This document shows positions 25,654-36,810 of a stretch of DNA of 64,000 bases, in pieces. Numbering within the stretch: the first letter of the stretch is position 1; each line of letters begins with the position of its first letter. The position numbers and the translations under genes are program-made. The notes beneath the pieces were generated by a model. The model was not told the origin of the DNA, did no database searches, and worked only from the letters and a program-made list of their open reading frames with translations. The stretch is from Bacteroidales bacterium (GTDB taxonomy: Bacteria; Bacteroidota; Bacteroidia; Bacteroidales; UBA3663), in assembly GCA_045629225.1 (NCBI GenBank), contig JAZQQU010000016.1, positions 1,447 through 65,446 of the forward strand, written 5' to 3'.

Positions 25654-26607
25654 ATGCTTGACCTTGATCTCTATTACAAGATTCATAAGACAGGCCTTAA
25701 GGACTACCTGCAGGGCGTGCCCTTCCATGTGCTTCGCTCCCGGCTCTATACTCCTATAGAACTGTTCGAGGCATACGTGCTTGGTAGCCCCGAGAGTTTC
25801 GAACAATGTGCTGACACCGTAATCTACCGCCACATGGTGGCTTCGGGCAAGATTACGCCCGATCCTATGGTGCAGAGTGCTCGCTCGATGCACGACTGCT
25901 CGATACGTAACGCCATGCAGCAATTCCTGGCCGACTATGAGCAGCGACAGGTGGTGGGTGTGATGGGCGGTCATGCTTTGCCTCGCACCGATGCTGCCTA
26001 CCGTCAGGTGGTGGAGGTGAGCAAGCAACTGACCGAGATGGGCTACCTCATGATCAGCGGCGGTGGACCTGGTGCCATGGAGGCTACACATCTTGGTGCC
26101 TGGTTGGCAGGACGTACGGACGAAGAGGTCGATGCTGCTCTCGCCATCCTTGCCCAAGCACCATGCTTCGAAGATGCAGGATGGTTTGATACTGCCTTCC
26201 GCGTCACCATGCTCTATCCACAGAAGAAGCATTACCAGAGCCTTGCCATCCCTACCTGGTTTTATGGCCATGAGCCCCCGACCATCTTTGCTACGCAGAT
26301 AGCCAAGTTCTTCGATAACAGCATTCGCGAAGATGTAATCCTCACCGAGGCCTACGGAGGTTTGATCTTTATGCCCGGCAGTGCAGGCACGCTTCAGGAG
26401 GTGTTCCAGGAGATTGTGCAAAACCACTATGTCTCGCTCGGTTTCCCCAGTCCGATGGTTTTTGTGGGTACCAAGTTCTGGAGCGAGGATGTGCCTGTCT
26501 ATCCTTTCATTCAGCACATGGTGCGCGAGGGACGTTACAAGAATCTTCTCATAGACCTGGTAGATGACAACGATGCCATCATCCAGAGCATTATTTCACG
26601 GCAATAG
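25654..26607 (+). CDS. LOG-family (TIGR00730-like) Rossmann-fold nucleotide-binding protein
   Basis: VVGVMGGHA...ISGGGPGAMEA...PGSAGTLQE motifs. Confidence 0.7.
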   Translation: MLDLDLYYKIHKTGLKDYLQGVPFHVLRSRLYTPIELFEAYVLGSPESFEQCADTVIYRHMVASGKITPDPMVQSARSMHDCSIRNAMQQFLADYEQRQVVGVMGGHALPRTDAAYRQVVEVSKQLTEMGYLMISGGGPGAMEATHLGAWLAGRTDEEVDAALAILAQAPCFEDAGWFDTAFRVTMLYPQKKHYQSLAIPTWFYGHEPPTIFATQIAKFFDNSIREDVILTEAYGGLIFMPGSAGTLQEVFQEIVQNHYVSLGFPSPMVFVGTKFWSEDVPVYPFIQHMVREGRYKNLLIDLVDDNDAIIQSIISRQ

Positions 26608-26641
26608 AACTCAATTAGTCATTACCTAAATTAATACGATT

Positions 26642-27523
26642 ATGAAAATCTTGAAATTACTTGCTTTAGCAGTACTCATGACGATGAGTATCTCAGTCAC
26701 TGCCCAGCCTCGCAATTCTCAGATGCCCAAAGGTCCTGTAGCTAAGGGCGAGACTATCCTGCTCTATCCCGACGGAGTGCCCAATGCCTATGAGATGCCA
26801 GAGAACCGGTTTGGAGACTACTCTATTCCCAAAGTGACTATCTATCGTCCAGAGAAGCCCAATGGTGTGTGCATCATGGAGTGCCCAGGTGGCGGTTACT
26901 ACATGCTGTCGGACAGCCATGAGGGGCACCTGATGGCCGACTGGTTTGTGGAGCGAGGCTACACCTTCTGCGTAGTCAGCTACCGTATGCCATGCGGTCA
27001 CACCTACGCTCCGCTCAGTGACGTGGAGCAGGCAGTTAAAATTGTGCGTAGCAAGGCCACTGAACTCGGTATCGACGTGAACAAGATTGGCATCATGGGT
27101 ACCTCGGCAGGCGGTCATCTGGCTTCGACCCTGGCCACCCACTATTCGAGCGACGAGACCAAGCCAGCCTTCCAGATTCTGTTCTATCCTGTGATCAGCA
27201 TGGATCCAACCATCACCCATGCCGGCTCGCGTGAGTTCTTGATCGGAAAAGATGCAGGACCAGAGCTCACCGACCTCTTCAGCAATCACAAGCAGGTCAA
27301 GGAAACTACCAGTCCTGCTTTCATCGTGCTTTCAGCCGACGATGCCTTGGTGCCACCCGTCAACAGCCTCCTTTATTTCCAGGCCCTGTTGGACAAAGGT
27401 GTGAAGGGTAACCAGCTGATGATCTTCCCTACAGGCAACCACGGCTGGGGCATCCTCGACCTGCCATTCAAGCCACAGTGGACAGCAGGTCTCGAACTTT
27501 GGCTCAAAGGTTTTATAGAGTGA
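26642..27523 (+). CDS. Secreted alpha/beta hydrolase (acetyl esterase/lipase type)
   Basis: Signal peptide, oxyanion-hole-like CPGGGY, and GxSxG nucleophile MGTSAGGHLA. Confidence 0.75.
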   Translation: MKILKLLALAVLMTMSISVTAQPRNSQMPKGPVAKGETILLYPDGVPNAYEMPENRFGDYSIPKVTIYRPEKPNGVCIMECPGGGYYMLSDSHEGHLMADWFVERGYTFCVVSYRMPCGHTYAPLSDVEQAVKIVRSKATELGIDVNKIGIMGTSAGGHLASTLATHYSSDETKPAFQILFYPVISMDPTITHAGSREFLIGKDAGPELTDLFSNHKQVKETTSPAFIVLSADDALVPPVNSLLYFQALLDKGVKGNQLMIFPTGNHGWGILDLPFKPQWTAGLELWLKGFIE

Positions 27524-27556
27524 GCATTACGCTGCAGCATTGTAGTCTGCTGACAT

Positions 27557-27618
27557 AAAAGAGATCATACGAAATCAATGGCTTCATCTAGAAACCTGAT
27601 TTCGTATGATCTCTTTTA
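27557..27618. terminator. Bidirectional terminator, 21-bp perfect inverted repeat
   Basis: AAAAGAGATCATACGAAATCA (27557-27577) pairs with TGATTTCGTATGATCTCTTTT (27598-27618). It lies between convergent genes. Confidence 0.75.
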
Positions 27619-27684
27619 TGGAACAATAATGAGTGCTATAAGGAGGGAGCCTTGTCCTTAGTACTACTGCTGTGTGCCGAAGGA

Positions 27685-29385
<1,701 letters not shown>

Positions 29386-29421
29386 TTATTTTTATTTCGT
29401 ATTGTTTTTTGTTTCGCAATG

Positions 29422-31254
29422 TTATTTTTTGTCGTACCAATTGAGGAATGACTCGAGCGCCAGACGTAAGCCTCCAGGGGTGGGGTAGAGGCCGGTGAAG
29501 TACCAGTCGCCCGGATGGTTGGGTATGGCTTGGTGCAGGCCCTCAATGCTTTGATAGACGAGTTCGATGGGGGTTACTACATCCTCGGGTCGCAACAGTT
29601 GCACCATCTTCTGATTGAGATCTTCTGGAGTGAAGGGGGCGTAGAGCTGGCGAAGAGGATTAGGACATGCGTCAATTGTCGAACTGTTTGCCCATTGGCT
29701 TGCTGACGAACTGTTTGCCCACTGATCGGCAGTCGAAAGCAGGGTGCGACACTGGTCGGCTACCTCGTCGATGATGTGCTGCATGCCATGATCGCGGAGC
29801 AGGGCGATGGTGGCTTGGAATGCGATGAAGTCGGAGATACGACTCATGTCGATGCCATAGAAGTCTGGATAGCGGATCTGCGGGGCCGAAGAGACGATGA
29901 CGATGCGACGGGGATGCAGTCGGTTAAGTATCTTGATGATGCTTTCGCGCAAGGTAGTGCCACGCACAATGCTGTCATCGATCACCACGAGGTTGTCAAC
30001 ACCTGGACGTACAATGCCGTAGGTGATGTCATAGATGTGTGCTGCCAGGTCGTTGCGTGAGCCTCCCTCAGTGATGAAGGTGCGAAGTTTGATGTCCTTG
30101 GCGACAATCTTTTCGGCACGTACTCGGGGTGAGAGCTCGCGCATGCCGTCGAGCATACCCATGTAGGCCACTTCGGCAGTGTTGGGGATATAGCTGAACA
30201 CGGTGTTGTGTATGTCACCATCGATGGCTCTAAGAATGGCAGGCTTGAGCTGATGTCCCAGTGTCTTGCGCTCCTGGTGGATATCGCGGTCGTTGCCTCG
30301 GCTGAAGTAGATACGCTCGAAACTGCAAGCAGCGTTCTGTCGGGGTTCGATGATCTGCTGTAGCTTCCATTGAGCAGCGCGATTTACGATGAGGGCTTGA
30401 CCTGGCTTCAGTTCATGCACCTGTTCGCATTCGATGGCGAAGGTTGTCTGCAGCACGGGACGTTCGGAGGCAATGGCTACAACCTCGTCGTCGGCATAAT
30501 AGAAAGCCGGACGGATGCCCCAGGGATCACGCATCGAGAAGAGCTCACCGCTGCCTGTAATTCCGCACATCACGTATCCGCCATCGAAGTGGGGCATGGT
30601 GGAGCTGAGTACGTTGGCAACATCGACATGGTTGTCAATGTACTGTGTCACCTCCAGGCCCTCGAGTCCTTGGGCTTTGGCCTCGTCGAAGAGACGCTCC
30701 ACCTCGCGATCCAGACGGTGACCCATCAGCTCAAGCAGTATATACGAGTCGCTGTAGATACGAGGCGACTGGCCCTGGCTGGTGAGGAACTCGAAGACCT
30801 CGGCGATATTGGTCATGTTGAAGTTGCCACACAGACAGAGGTTCTTGGCACGCCAGTTGTTGCGTCGCAGGAAGGGATGCACATACTTTAAGCCACCCTT
30901 GCCTGTGGTAGAATAACGCAGATGACCCATGTACAGCTCGCCGTGGAAGGCAGGGCCGGCACAAGGGTCATCGGGGTCGATGGCTGTGGATTGTTGATGC
31001 ACGCTGGCGAAGATGCGGTCGATGGCATCCTTGCCCTCGGCCTTTTCGCGATACATGTATTCGTGACCAGGCGCCTGGTCGAGGCGGACGCAGGCTATAC
31101 CTGCGCCCTCCTGACCGCGGTTGTGCTGTTTCTCCATCATCAGATAGAGCTTGCCCAACGCCCAGTTGTCAGTACCGTACTTCTGACGGTAGTACTCCAG
31201 CGGCTTGAGCAATCGGATCATTGCAATGCCGCATTCGTGTTTCAGTTGTTCCAT
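29422..31254 (-). CDS. purF: Amidophosphoribosyltransferase (long Bacteroidetes form)
   Basis: N-terminal propeptide followed by CGIAM (Ntn Cys), and the PRTase motif VVIDDSIVRGTT. Confidence 0.85.
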   Translation of the reverse strand: MEQLKHECGIAMIRLLKPLEYYRQKYGTDNWALGKLYLMMEKQHNRGQEGAGIACVRLDQAPGHEYMYREKAEGKDAIDRIFASVHQQSTAIDPDDPCAGPAFHGELYMGHLRYSTTGKGGLKYVHPFLRRNNWRAKNLCLCGNFNMTNIAEVFEFLTSQGQSPRIYSDSYILLELMGHRLDREVERLFDEAKAQGLEGLEVTQYIDNHVDVANVLSSTMPHFDGGYVMCGITGSGELFSMRDPWGIRPAFYYADDEVVAIASERPVLQTTFAIECEQVHELKPGQALIVNRAAQWKLQQIIEPRQNAACSFERIYFSRGNDRDIHQERKTLGHQLKPAILRAIDGDIHNTVFSYIPNTAEVAYMGMLDGMRELSPRVRAEKIVAKDIKLRTFITEGGSRNDLAAHIYDITYGIVRPGVDNLVVIDDSIVRGTTLRESIIKILNRLHPRRIVIVSSAPQIRYPDFYGIDMSRISDFIAFQATIALLRDHGMQHIIDEVADQCRTLLSTADQWANSSSASQWANSSTIDACPNPLRQLYAPFTPEDLNQKMVQLLRPEDVVTPIELVYQSIEGLHQAIPNHPGDWYFTGLYPTPGGLRLALESFLNWYDKK

Positions 31255-31277
31255 TAGTTAGTGTTAGAAACGAAATC

Positions 31278-32468
31278 TTAGTTGTAGGCAGCCTCTCCAT
31301 GCTCATAGATATCCAATCCCTCCTCTTCGATACGCTTCTCAACGCGGAGACCATGGGTATGCTTGATGATATAGAAGATAGCAAAACCTACGATGAAAGC
31401 AAAGCCAGCCACGGTGAGGGCACCGAGTGTCTGCACGCCTACTGAAGCCTCGACACCGTCGATCTCAGGATTGCAGAACACACCTGTGAGGATGGTACCC
31501 AGCAAGCCGCCCACACCGTGTACAGAAACGGCACCGACGGGATCGTCTACGTGGCAAACCTTGTCGATGAAGCTGACACTCCAGCACATCACTACGCTGA
31601 CGATAAGACCGATCAGAGCTGCTGCCCAGATATCGACACAATCGCAACCTGCGGTGATGCCCACAAGGCCTGCCAGCACACCATTGCACACCATTGAGAG
31701 CGATGGCTTGCCATCGACCAGCCAGGTGTAAACCAGCGCTGCAATGCCGCCTACGGCAGCAGCCATATTGGTGGTGACGAAGACGTGAGCTGCTGAGATG
31801 GCCGAAGCCTCGTCGGCAATGGCTACCGTAGAACAGGGGTTGAAACCGAACCAGCCGAGCCAGAGGATGAAGACGCCCAGGGCTGCCAGCGTGAGGTTAT
31901 GGCCAGGGATAGCACGGCTCTGTCCGTCCTTGCCATACTTGCCGATACGTGGGCCGAGTACGATGGCACCAGCCAGGGCCAGTGCACCGCCACAGAGGTG
32001 AACCACAGTGGAACCTGCAAAGTCGTGGAAACCCATTTCAGAAAGCCAGCCGCCGCCCCATGACCAGTGGCCCTCGATAGGGTAGATGAAGAGGCTGATC
32101 AGGATGGAGTAAATCAGGTACATTGAGAATTTGGTGCGCTCGGCCATAGAACCTGACACGATGGTGGCAGTAGTAGCACAGAACACCGTTTGGAAGATAA
32201 ATGTAGCCTCGGCAGGAACGTTAGAGTCTTCGCCAATAAAGCAGAAGCCACTCCAGCCCAACAGACCGTGGTCAGAGCCATACATCATAGAGAAGCCCAC
32301 AACCCAAAAGATGACGGTGCCTGCCATGAAGTCACAGAAGTTCTTCATCAGGATGTTGGCTGTATTCTTGGCACGGGTCATGCCTGCCTCAACAAGTGCA
32401 AAGCCTGGCTGCATCCAGAACACGAGCATCGCACCTAAAAGTACCCAAAGAGTATCAATACCATTCAT
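31278..32468 (-). CDS. amt: Ammonium transporter
   Basis: MQPGFALVEAG, and HGVGGLLGTILTG near the C-terminus. I place the start at MNGIDTLWVLL (ATG at 32468). Confidence 0.95.
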   Translation of the reverse strand: MNGIDTLWVLLGAMLVFWMQPGFALVEAGMTRAKNTANILMKNFCDFMAGTVIFWVVGFSMMYGSDHGLLGWSGFCFIGEDSNVPAEATFIFQTVFCATTATIVSGSMAERTKFSMYLIYSILISLFIYPIEGHWSWGGGWLSEMGFHDFAGSTVVHLCGGALALAGAIVLGPRIGKYGKDGQSRAIPGHNLTLAALGVFILWLGWFGFNPCSTVAIADEASAISAAHVFVTTNMAAAVGGIAALVYTWLVDGKPSLSMVCNGVLAGLVGITAGCDCVDIWAAALIGLIVSVVMCWSVSFIDKVCHVDDPVGAVSVHGVGGLLGTILTGVFCNPEIDGVEASVGVQTLGALTVAGFAFIVGFAIFYIIKHTHGLRVEKRIEEEGLDIYEHGEAAYN

Positions 32469-32681
32469 AATAAATGAACCCTCCCTTACCCCTCCCAACA
32501 AGGCAGAGGATATAATATTAATGCTGCGGAGGGTTTGCAGCTATATGGATTATATATTTATGAACCCTATCATTGGCTCTCCCGTGTAGGGAGTGTAATA
32601 CTGGGGAGGTTTCTTTACATCACCCAATAACCATCGAATGTAATCACACTCACCCCTCAACGTAGGGGCCAGAGGAGGGTT

Positions 32682-33029
32682 CTATTTCTTATCTCTCAAT
32701 ACCACATCTCCGTGCTCTCCTGTGCGGATAGAATAGCAGTCGAGCACATCGCTGATGAACACACGTCCGTCACCCACCTCTCCGGTGTGAGCCACGTCGA
32801 GGAACACCTGTACGGTGCTTTCTACGAACTGCTCGCGGCAGATGATAGTGATGTGCATACGTTCGATCATATCGGTGGAATAGACAACACCACGATAGAT
32901 GCGTTCCTGACGGCTCTGCCCGATGCCGTGACAATCGTGGTACTCAAACCAGTCGATGTCTGCAGCCAACAAGGCCTCTTTGACCTCTTCGAACTTGGTT
33001 CGGCGGATGATAGCTTCAATCTTTTTCAT
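32682..33029 (-). CDS. glnB: P-II family nitrogen regulatory protein
   Basis: MKKIEAIIRRTKFEEVKEAL...GEVGDGRVFISDV, 115 aa, directly upstream of amt. Confidence 0.9.
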   Translation of the reverse strand: MKKIEAIIRRTKFEEVKEALLAADIDWFEYHDCHGIGQSRQERIYRGVVYSTDMIERMHITIICREQFVESTVQVFLDVAHTGEVGDGRVFISDVLDCYSIRTGEHGDVVLRDKK

Positions 33030-33182
33030 TGTTCTCTTGTCTTTTGATAAAAGCAGGCGTCAGTAGAAGACAGACGCACTTACAGAATGAGATACTGATG
33101 CAAATAAAGTTATTATAATACTATCCAGAATACTTTTTCTATCTGGCGCCTGCTGTATTAATTTATGTCAGAAAGTCGATAA

Positions 33183-33216
33183 CTGATTCAAGCTTGGCAA
33201 ACTCTGCTTGAATCAG
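33183..33216 (-). terminator. Hairpin terminator after the porin gene
   Basis: CTGATTCAAGC (33183-33193) pairs with GCTTGAATCAG (33206-33216) around a 12-nt loop. Confidence 0.55.
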
Positions 33217-33238
33217 AGATAAACTGCATTCTCCTGCC

Positions 33239-33964
33239 TCAGAAACTGATGCCCAGCACGAAGAACGTCTTGTCGCTTTGAGGATTGGTAATCACTGAGG
33301 CCGAAAGTGGTATGCCAGCCACCTCTTTGGTGGCGGTCAACGCGATGTTGCAGACGTTGAAACCTTCGTTGCCTGGTGCAGAGAATGTGTCGTCCCAAAG
33401 CGAAGCTCCGACGGCTACCGAGCCTTCAAGTCCGCCTAACTTCCAAGGGGCGGAGAGCTCAACGTAGGTCGAGTAGCAGCGATCCTTTGTGCCATCTTCG
33501 TCGAAGGTGTGGTCGGGACCAGCCAAAAGAGTGTTCCATGCCAGAGCCAGTGGTCCGAAGTCGTATGCGATGTTTGCTTCAAGAAAGTGCGTGCCACTGT
33601 CATTCCAGCGCCAGCCTGACCAATACTTGCCCGAACAGAAGTTATAGTCCGTCAGGCCTAAAGTCAATCCTTCGATGTTCCATGCCAGCACCAAGTCGAA
33701 TTCGCTCATGTTGGCCCACTCGTGTCCATCCATCAGTTCGACCGAGGCCCAAGCCCCGAGGCTTATGCCAGCCTTTTGCCATGTGATTGTGGCTTCTGGC
33801 TGGATGCTGAATCCGGCACAATCCATGCCACGCCATACATAACTGCTCACAACATCTGCACCTACCTCCAATGTCACTGACTTCTCGGGCTCTTCGGCCC
33901 TTGCCTCATTGCCCAGACACATAGCGGTCAGGGCCATTCCCATAACTAACGATACCTTTTTCAT
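33239..33964 (-). CDS. TorF/Gcw_chp-family putative outer-membrane porin
   Basis: Signal peptide, SSYVWRGMD...GISLGAWASVEL pattern, ends in F, in an amt-linked context. Confidence 0.65.
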   Translation of the reverse strand: MKKVSLVMGMALTAMCLGNEARAEEPEKSVTLEVGADVVSSYVWRGMDCAGFSIQPEATITWQKAGISLGAWASVELMDGHEWANMSEFDLVLAWNIEGLTLGLTDYNFCSGKYWSGWRWNDSGTHFLEANIAYDFGPLALAWNTLLAGPDHTFDEDGTKDRCYSTYVELSAPWKLGGLEGSVAVGASLWDDTFSAPGNEGFNVCNIALTATKEVAGIPLSASVITNPQSDKTFFVLGISF

Positions 33965-34154
33965 TTTTTTTGTCTAGAGTTTTTGGTTTAGAGTTTATGG
34001 TGGTTCAATGTTTAGAGTTTAGGGTGGACAGTAGATCTTTCGTTTTTTATTAGTCCGTGTTTTTATTTGCTTTTGTTTGATTGCATTTATTCACTACTTT
34101 GACTAATAACGATTTGACTACTCTCAACCCTAAACTCTCAACTCTATACTCTCA

Positions 34155-36341
34155 TCAACGGATCCACAAGAGCTCGCGATACTTTGGCATTGGCCAGAGG
34201 TTGTCATCGACGATCTCCTCCAACTTGTCGATTGGACGACGGATGGCTGCAAACGACTCGGCAATCTCATAGTAAGCCAGAGCCTTCTCGTAGCCGTCCT
34301 CCAGGCGGTTGGCCACCTTGCGCTTCTCTACCATGGCATCGACCTTGTTCTTGATGTCGGCGTTGAAAGCTGCAATCTTCTTGATGATGGCGATCTCTGG
34401 TGCCGAGAACTCCTCCCATGTGGTTGGGAACAGCGACTTCATCATAGCCACGTTCTTCAGGAGCATTGACTGATAGGTGGTGGCAGCAGGGATGATGTGG
34501 TTAATGGCCAGGTCGCCCAGCACGCGTGCCTCGATCTGCACGAGCTTCACGTAGGTCTCGAACTTCACCTCGTTGCGTGCATGGAGCTCGTCCTGAGTGA
34601 AGATGCCGAGCTTGGTGAACATCTCTACAGCATCAGGCTTCACGTTCTCGAGGAACATCTTAGGTACACAACGCTCGATGTCCAAGCCGCGCTTCTGAGC
34701 CTCCTTTGGCCACTCCTCAGAGTAACCGTTGCCGTCGAAGCAGACAGTATCGATGATCTCAGCGATGATAGGCTTGAGGCACTTCATCACGGCCACCTTC
34801 ACGCTGGCACCAGCGGCCATCTCCTTATCAACAGCAGCCTTGAAGTCGATGAGCTGCTCGGCCACCATGGCGTTGAGCGTGGTCATGGCCGAAGAGCAGT
34901 TGGCCTTGGAACCTACAGCACGGAACTCGAAGCGGTTGCCGGTGAAGGCGAATGGTGAGGTGCGGTTGCGGTCGGTGTTGTCGACGAAGATTTCTGGAAT
35001 CTCCACCAATCCGAGGTCATAGGCCTGCTTGCCTGCAATCACGATGTCGGTGTCATCAGGCACGGTGGCGAGCTTGTGGAGCACGTCGGTCATGGTCTTG
35101 CCCAGGAAGGCTGAAACGATGGCAGGTGGTGCCTCGTTGGCGCCCAGACGGTGTGCATTGGTGGCCGAAGCGATGCTGGCCTTGAGCAGGGCACCATGAC
35201 GCTTCACGGCCATGAGGATGTTGACGAAGAAGGTCACGAACTGCAGGTTCGACATCGGATCCTTGCCAGGAGCGAGGAGGATGACGCCAGTGTCGGTCGA
35301 GAGTGACCAGTTGTTATGCTTGCCCGAACCATTGATGCCGTCGAATGGCTTCTCATGCAGCAGCACGCGGAATCCGTGGCGACGAGCAACCTTCTTCATT
35401 ACGCCCATGATGAGCATGTTCTGATCTACTGCCAAGTTGGTTTCGCCGAAGATAGGTGCGAACTCGAACTGGTTAGGTGCCACCTCATTGTGGCGGGTCT
35501 TCATTGGGATGCCGAGGCGATGGCCCTGGATCTCGAGGTCCTTCATAAAGGCCTGTACGCGGGTAGGAATCTGGCCGAAATAGTGGTCGTCCATCTGCTG
35601 GTTCTTGCTCGAACCATGGCCCATCAGGGTGCGGCCTGTAGCAATAAGGTCGGGACGTGCGCTGTAGAGAGCGTCATCAACGAGGAAGTACTCCTGCTCC
35701 CAACCCAGGTTGCTGGTTACGTGTTTTACAGCTGGGTCAAACAGCTGGCAGACGGGAACTGCAGCGTCACTCACAGCCTTGAGTGCCTTCTTCAATGGTG
35801 CCTTGTAGTCGAGAGCCTCGCCCGTGTACGAAATAAATACGGTAGGAATGCAGAGGCAGTCGTCGAGGATGAATACAGGAGAGGTTGGGTCCCATGCGGT
35901 ATAGCCACGGGCCTCGAAGGTGGCGCGGATGCCGCCTGATGGGAAGCTCGAAGCATCTGGCTCCTGCTGAACCAGCGACTTGCCTTCGAATTCCTCAATC
36001 ATGCCACCCTTCCAGTCATACTCCATAAATGAGTCGTGCTTCTCGGCAGTGGTCTCGGTCAGTGGCTGGAACCAGTGGCAGCAGTGTGTCACACCATGCT
36101 CCATAGCCCACTGCTTCATGCCTGCAGCCACGCCGTCAGCTATCTTGCGATCCAGGTGCTTGCCATTGTCAATGCAGTCGAGCAATGCTTTGAGGGTCTT
36201 CGAATCAAGATACTTCTGCATCTTCTCACGATTGAATACCAGCTCACCGAAATACTCAGAAGGACGACCGGCTGGTGCCTCCACTTCCACTGCATGCTTT
36301 TTGAATGCCTGTTCAATGGCATCGAATCTTAACTTGCTCAT
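34155..36341 (-). CDS. glnN: Glutamine synthetase type III
   Basis: 728 aa with an N-terminus typical of Bacteroides GSIII (MSKLRFDAIE...PSEYFGELVFNREKMQKYL), and NGSGKHNNWS. Confidence 0.95.
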   Translation of the reverse strand: MSKLRFDAIEQAFKKHAVEVEAPAGRPSEYFGELVFNREKMQKYLDSKTLKALLDCIDNGKHLDRKIADGVAAGMKQWAMEHGVTHCCHWFQPLTETTAEKHDSFMEYDWKGGMIEEFEGKSLVQQEPDASSFPSGGIRATFEARGYTAWDPTSPVFILDDCLCIPTVFISYTGEALDYKAPLKKALKAVSDAAVPVCQLFDPAVKHVTSNLGWEQEYFLVDDALYSARPDLIATGRTLMGHGSSKNQQMDDHYFGQIPTRVQAFMKDLEIQGHRLGIPMKTRHNEVAPNQFEFAPIFGETNLAVDQNMLIMGVMKKVARRHGFRVLLHEKPFDGINGSGKHNNWSLSTDTGVILLAPGKDPMSNLQFVTFFVNILMAVKRHGALLKASIASATNAHRLGANEAPPAIVSAFLGKTMTDVLHKLATVPDDTDIVIAGKQAYDLGLVEIPEIFVDNTDRNRTSPFAFTGNRFEFRAVGSKANCSSAMTTLNAMVAEQLIDFKAAVDKEMAAGASVKVAVMKCLKPIIAEIIDTVCFDGNGYSEEWPKEAQKRGLDIERCVPKMFLENVKPDAVEMFTKLGIFTQDELHARNEVKFETYVKLVQIEARVLGDLAINHIIPAATTYQSMLLKNVAMMKSLFPTTWEEFSAPEIAIIKKIAAFNADIKNKVDAMVEKRKVANRLEDGYEKALAYYEIAESFAAIRRPIDKLEEIVDDNLWPMPKYRELLWIR

Positions 36342-36464
36342 AACACAATGTTTTTAGAATACCTTTATATATTATATTTACAGAATTTCGTTTTGAAATT
36401 ACTTTTTGTTTGTCAAACTAAGAAAACTGTGGAAAAAATCCATGTTTTCTATTGTTTGACGCTG

Positions 36465-36496
36465 CAAATGTACGGAGTTTTGTTTTTTATTCCAAA
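36465..36496 (-). promoter_or_regulatory. Promoter of the GSIII gene
   Basis: On the minus strand, TTTG (36496-36493) and TACATTTG (36472-36465) with a 20-nt spacer. The leader is about 115 nt. Confidence 0.55.
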
Positions 36497-36507
36497 TTTT
36501 TGCTCAG

Positions 36508-36534
36508 GAAAATGACGATGTCCTGTCATTTTTC
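36508..36534. terminator. Hairpin with flanking A/T runs
   Basis: GAAAATGAC-gatgtcct-GTCATTTTC. It separates the upstream minus-strand operon from the GSIII promoter. Confidence 0.5.
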
Positions 36535-36810
36535 TTTATTTCGGATTATAAAAATATAAAAATGTCAATCAAAAGTGACAAAAGAATGGAGTAATGCTCG
36601 TTGTTGGTTGGTGTTTTTGGTAATATGTATCTATGTGGAGATTTGTGCGAGCAAAATGTTCTTGAATAATGATGATGTCTGTCAAAATGCTTTTACATTG
36701 GTCGGCTTTTCTGGCTAAATGTGTCGTTGCAGTACGCCAGAGGGTTGTCCCGAAGCTTGTTTATGTCAGCGAAGTCTTACAAAGGTACGAACACATACCC
36801 GTTGATACCT

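Noticed and set aside
33965-34154. A sigma-54 (TGGCAC-N5-TTGC) promoter for the nitrogen genes.
   Set aside because: I found no match on the minus strand upstream of the porin / P-II / amt genes or upstream of the GSIII gene.
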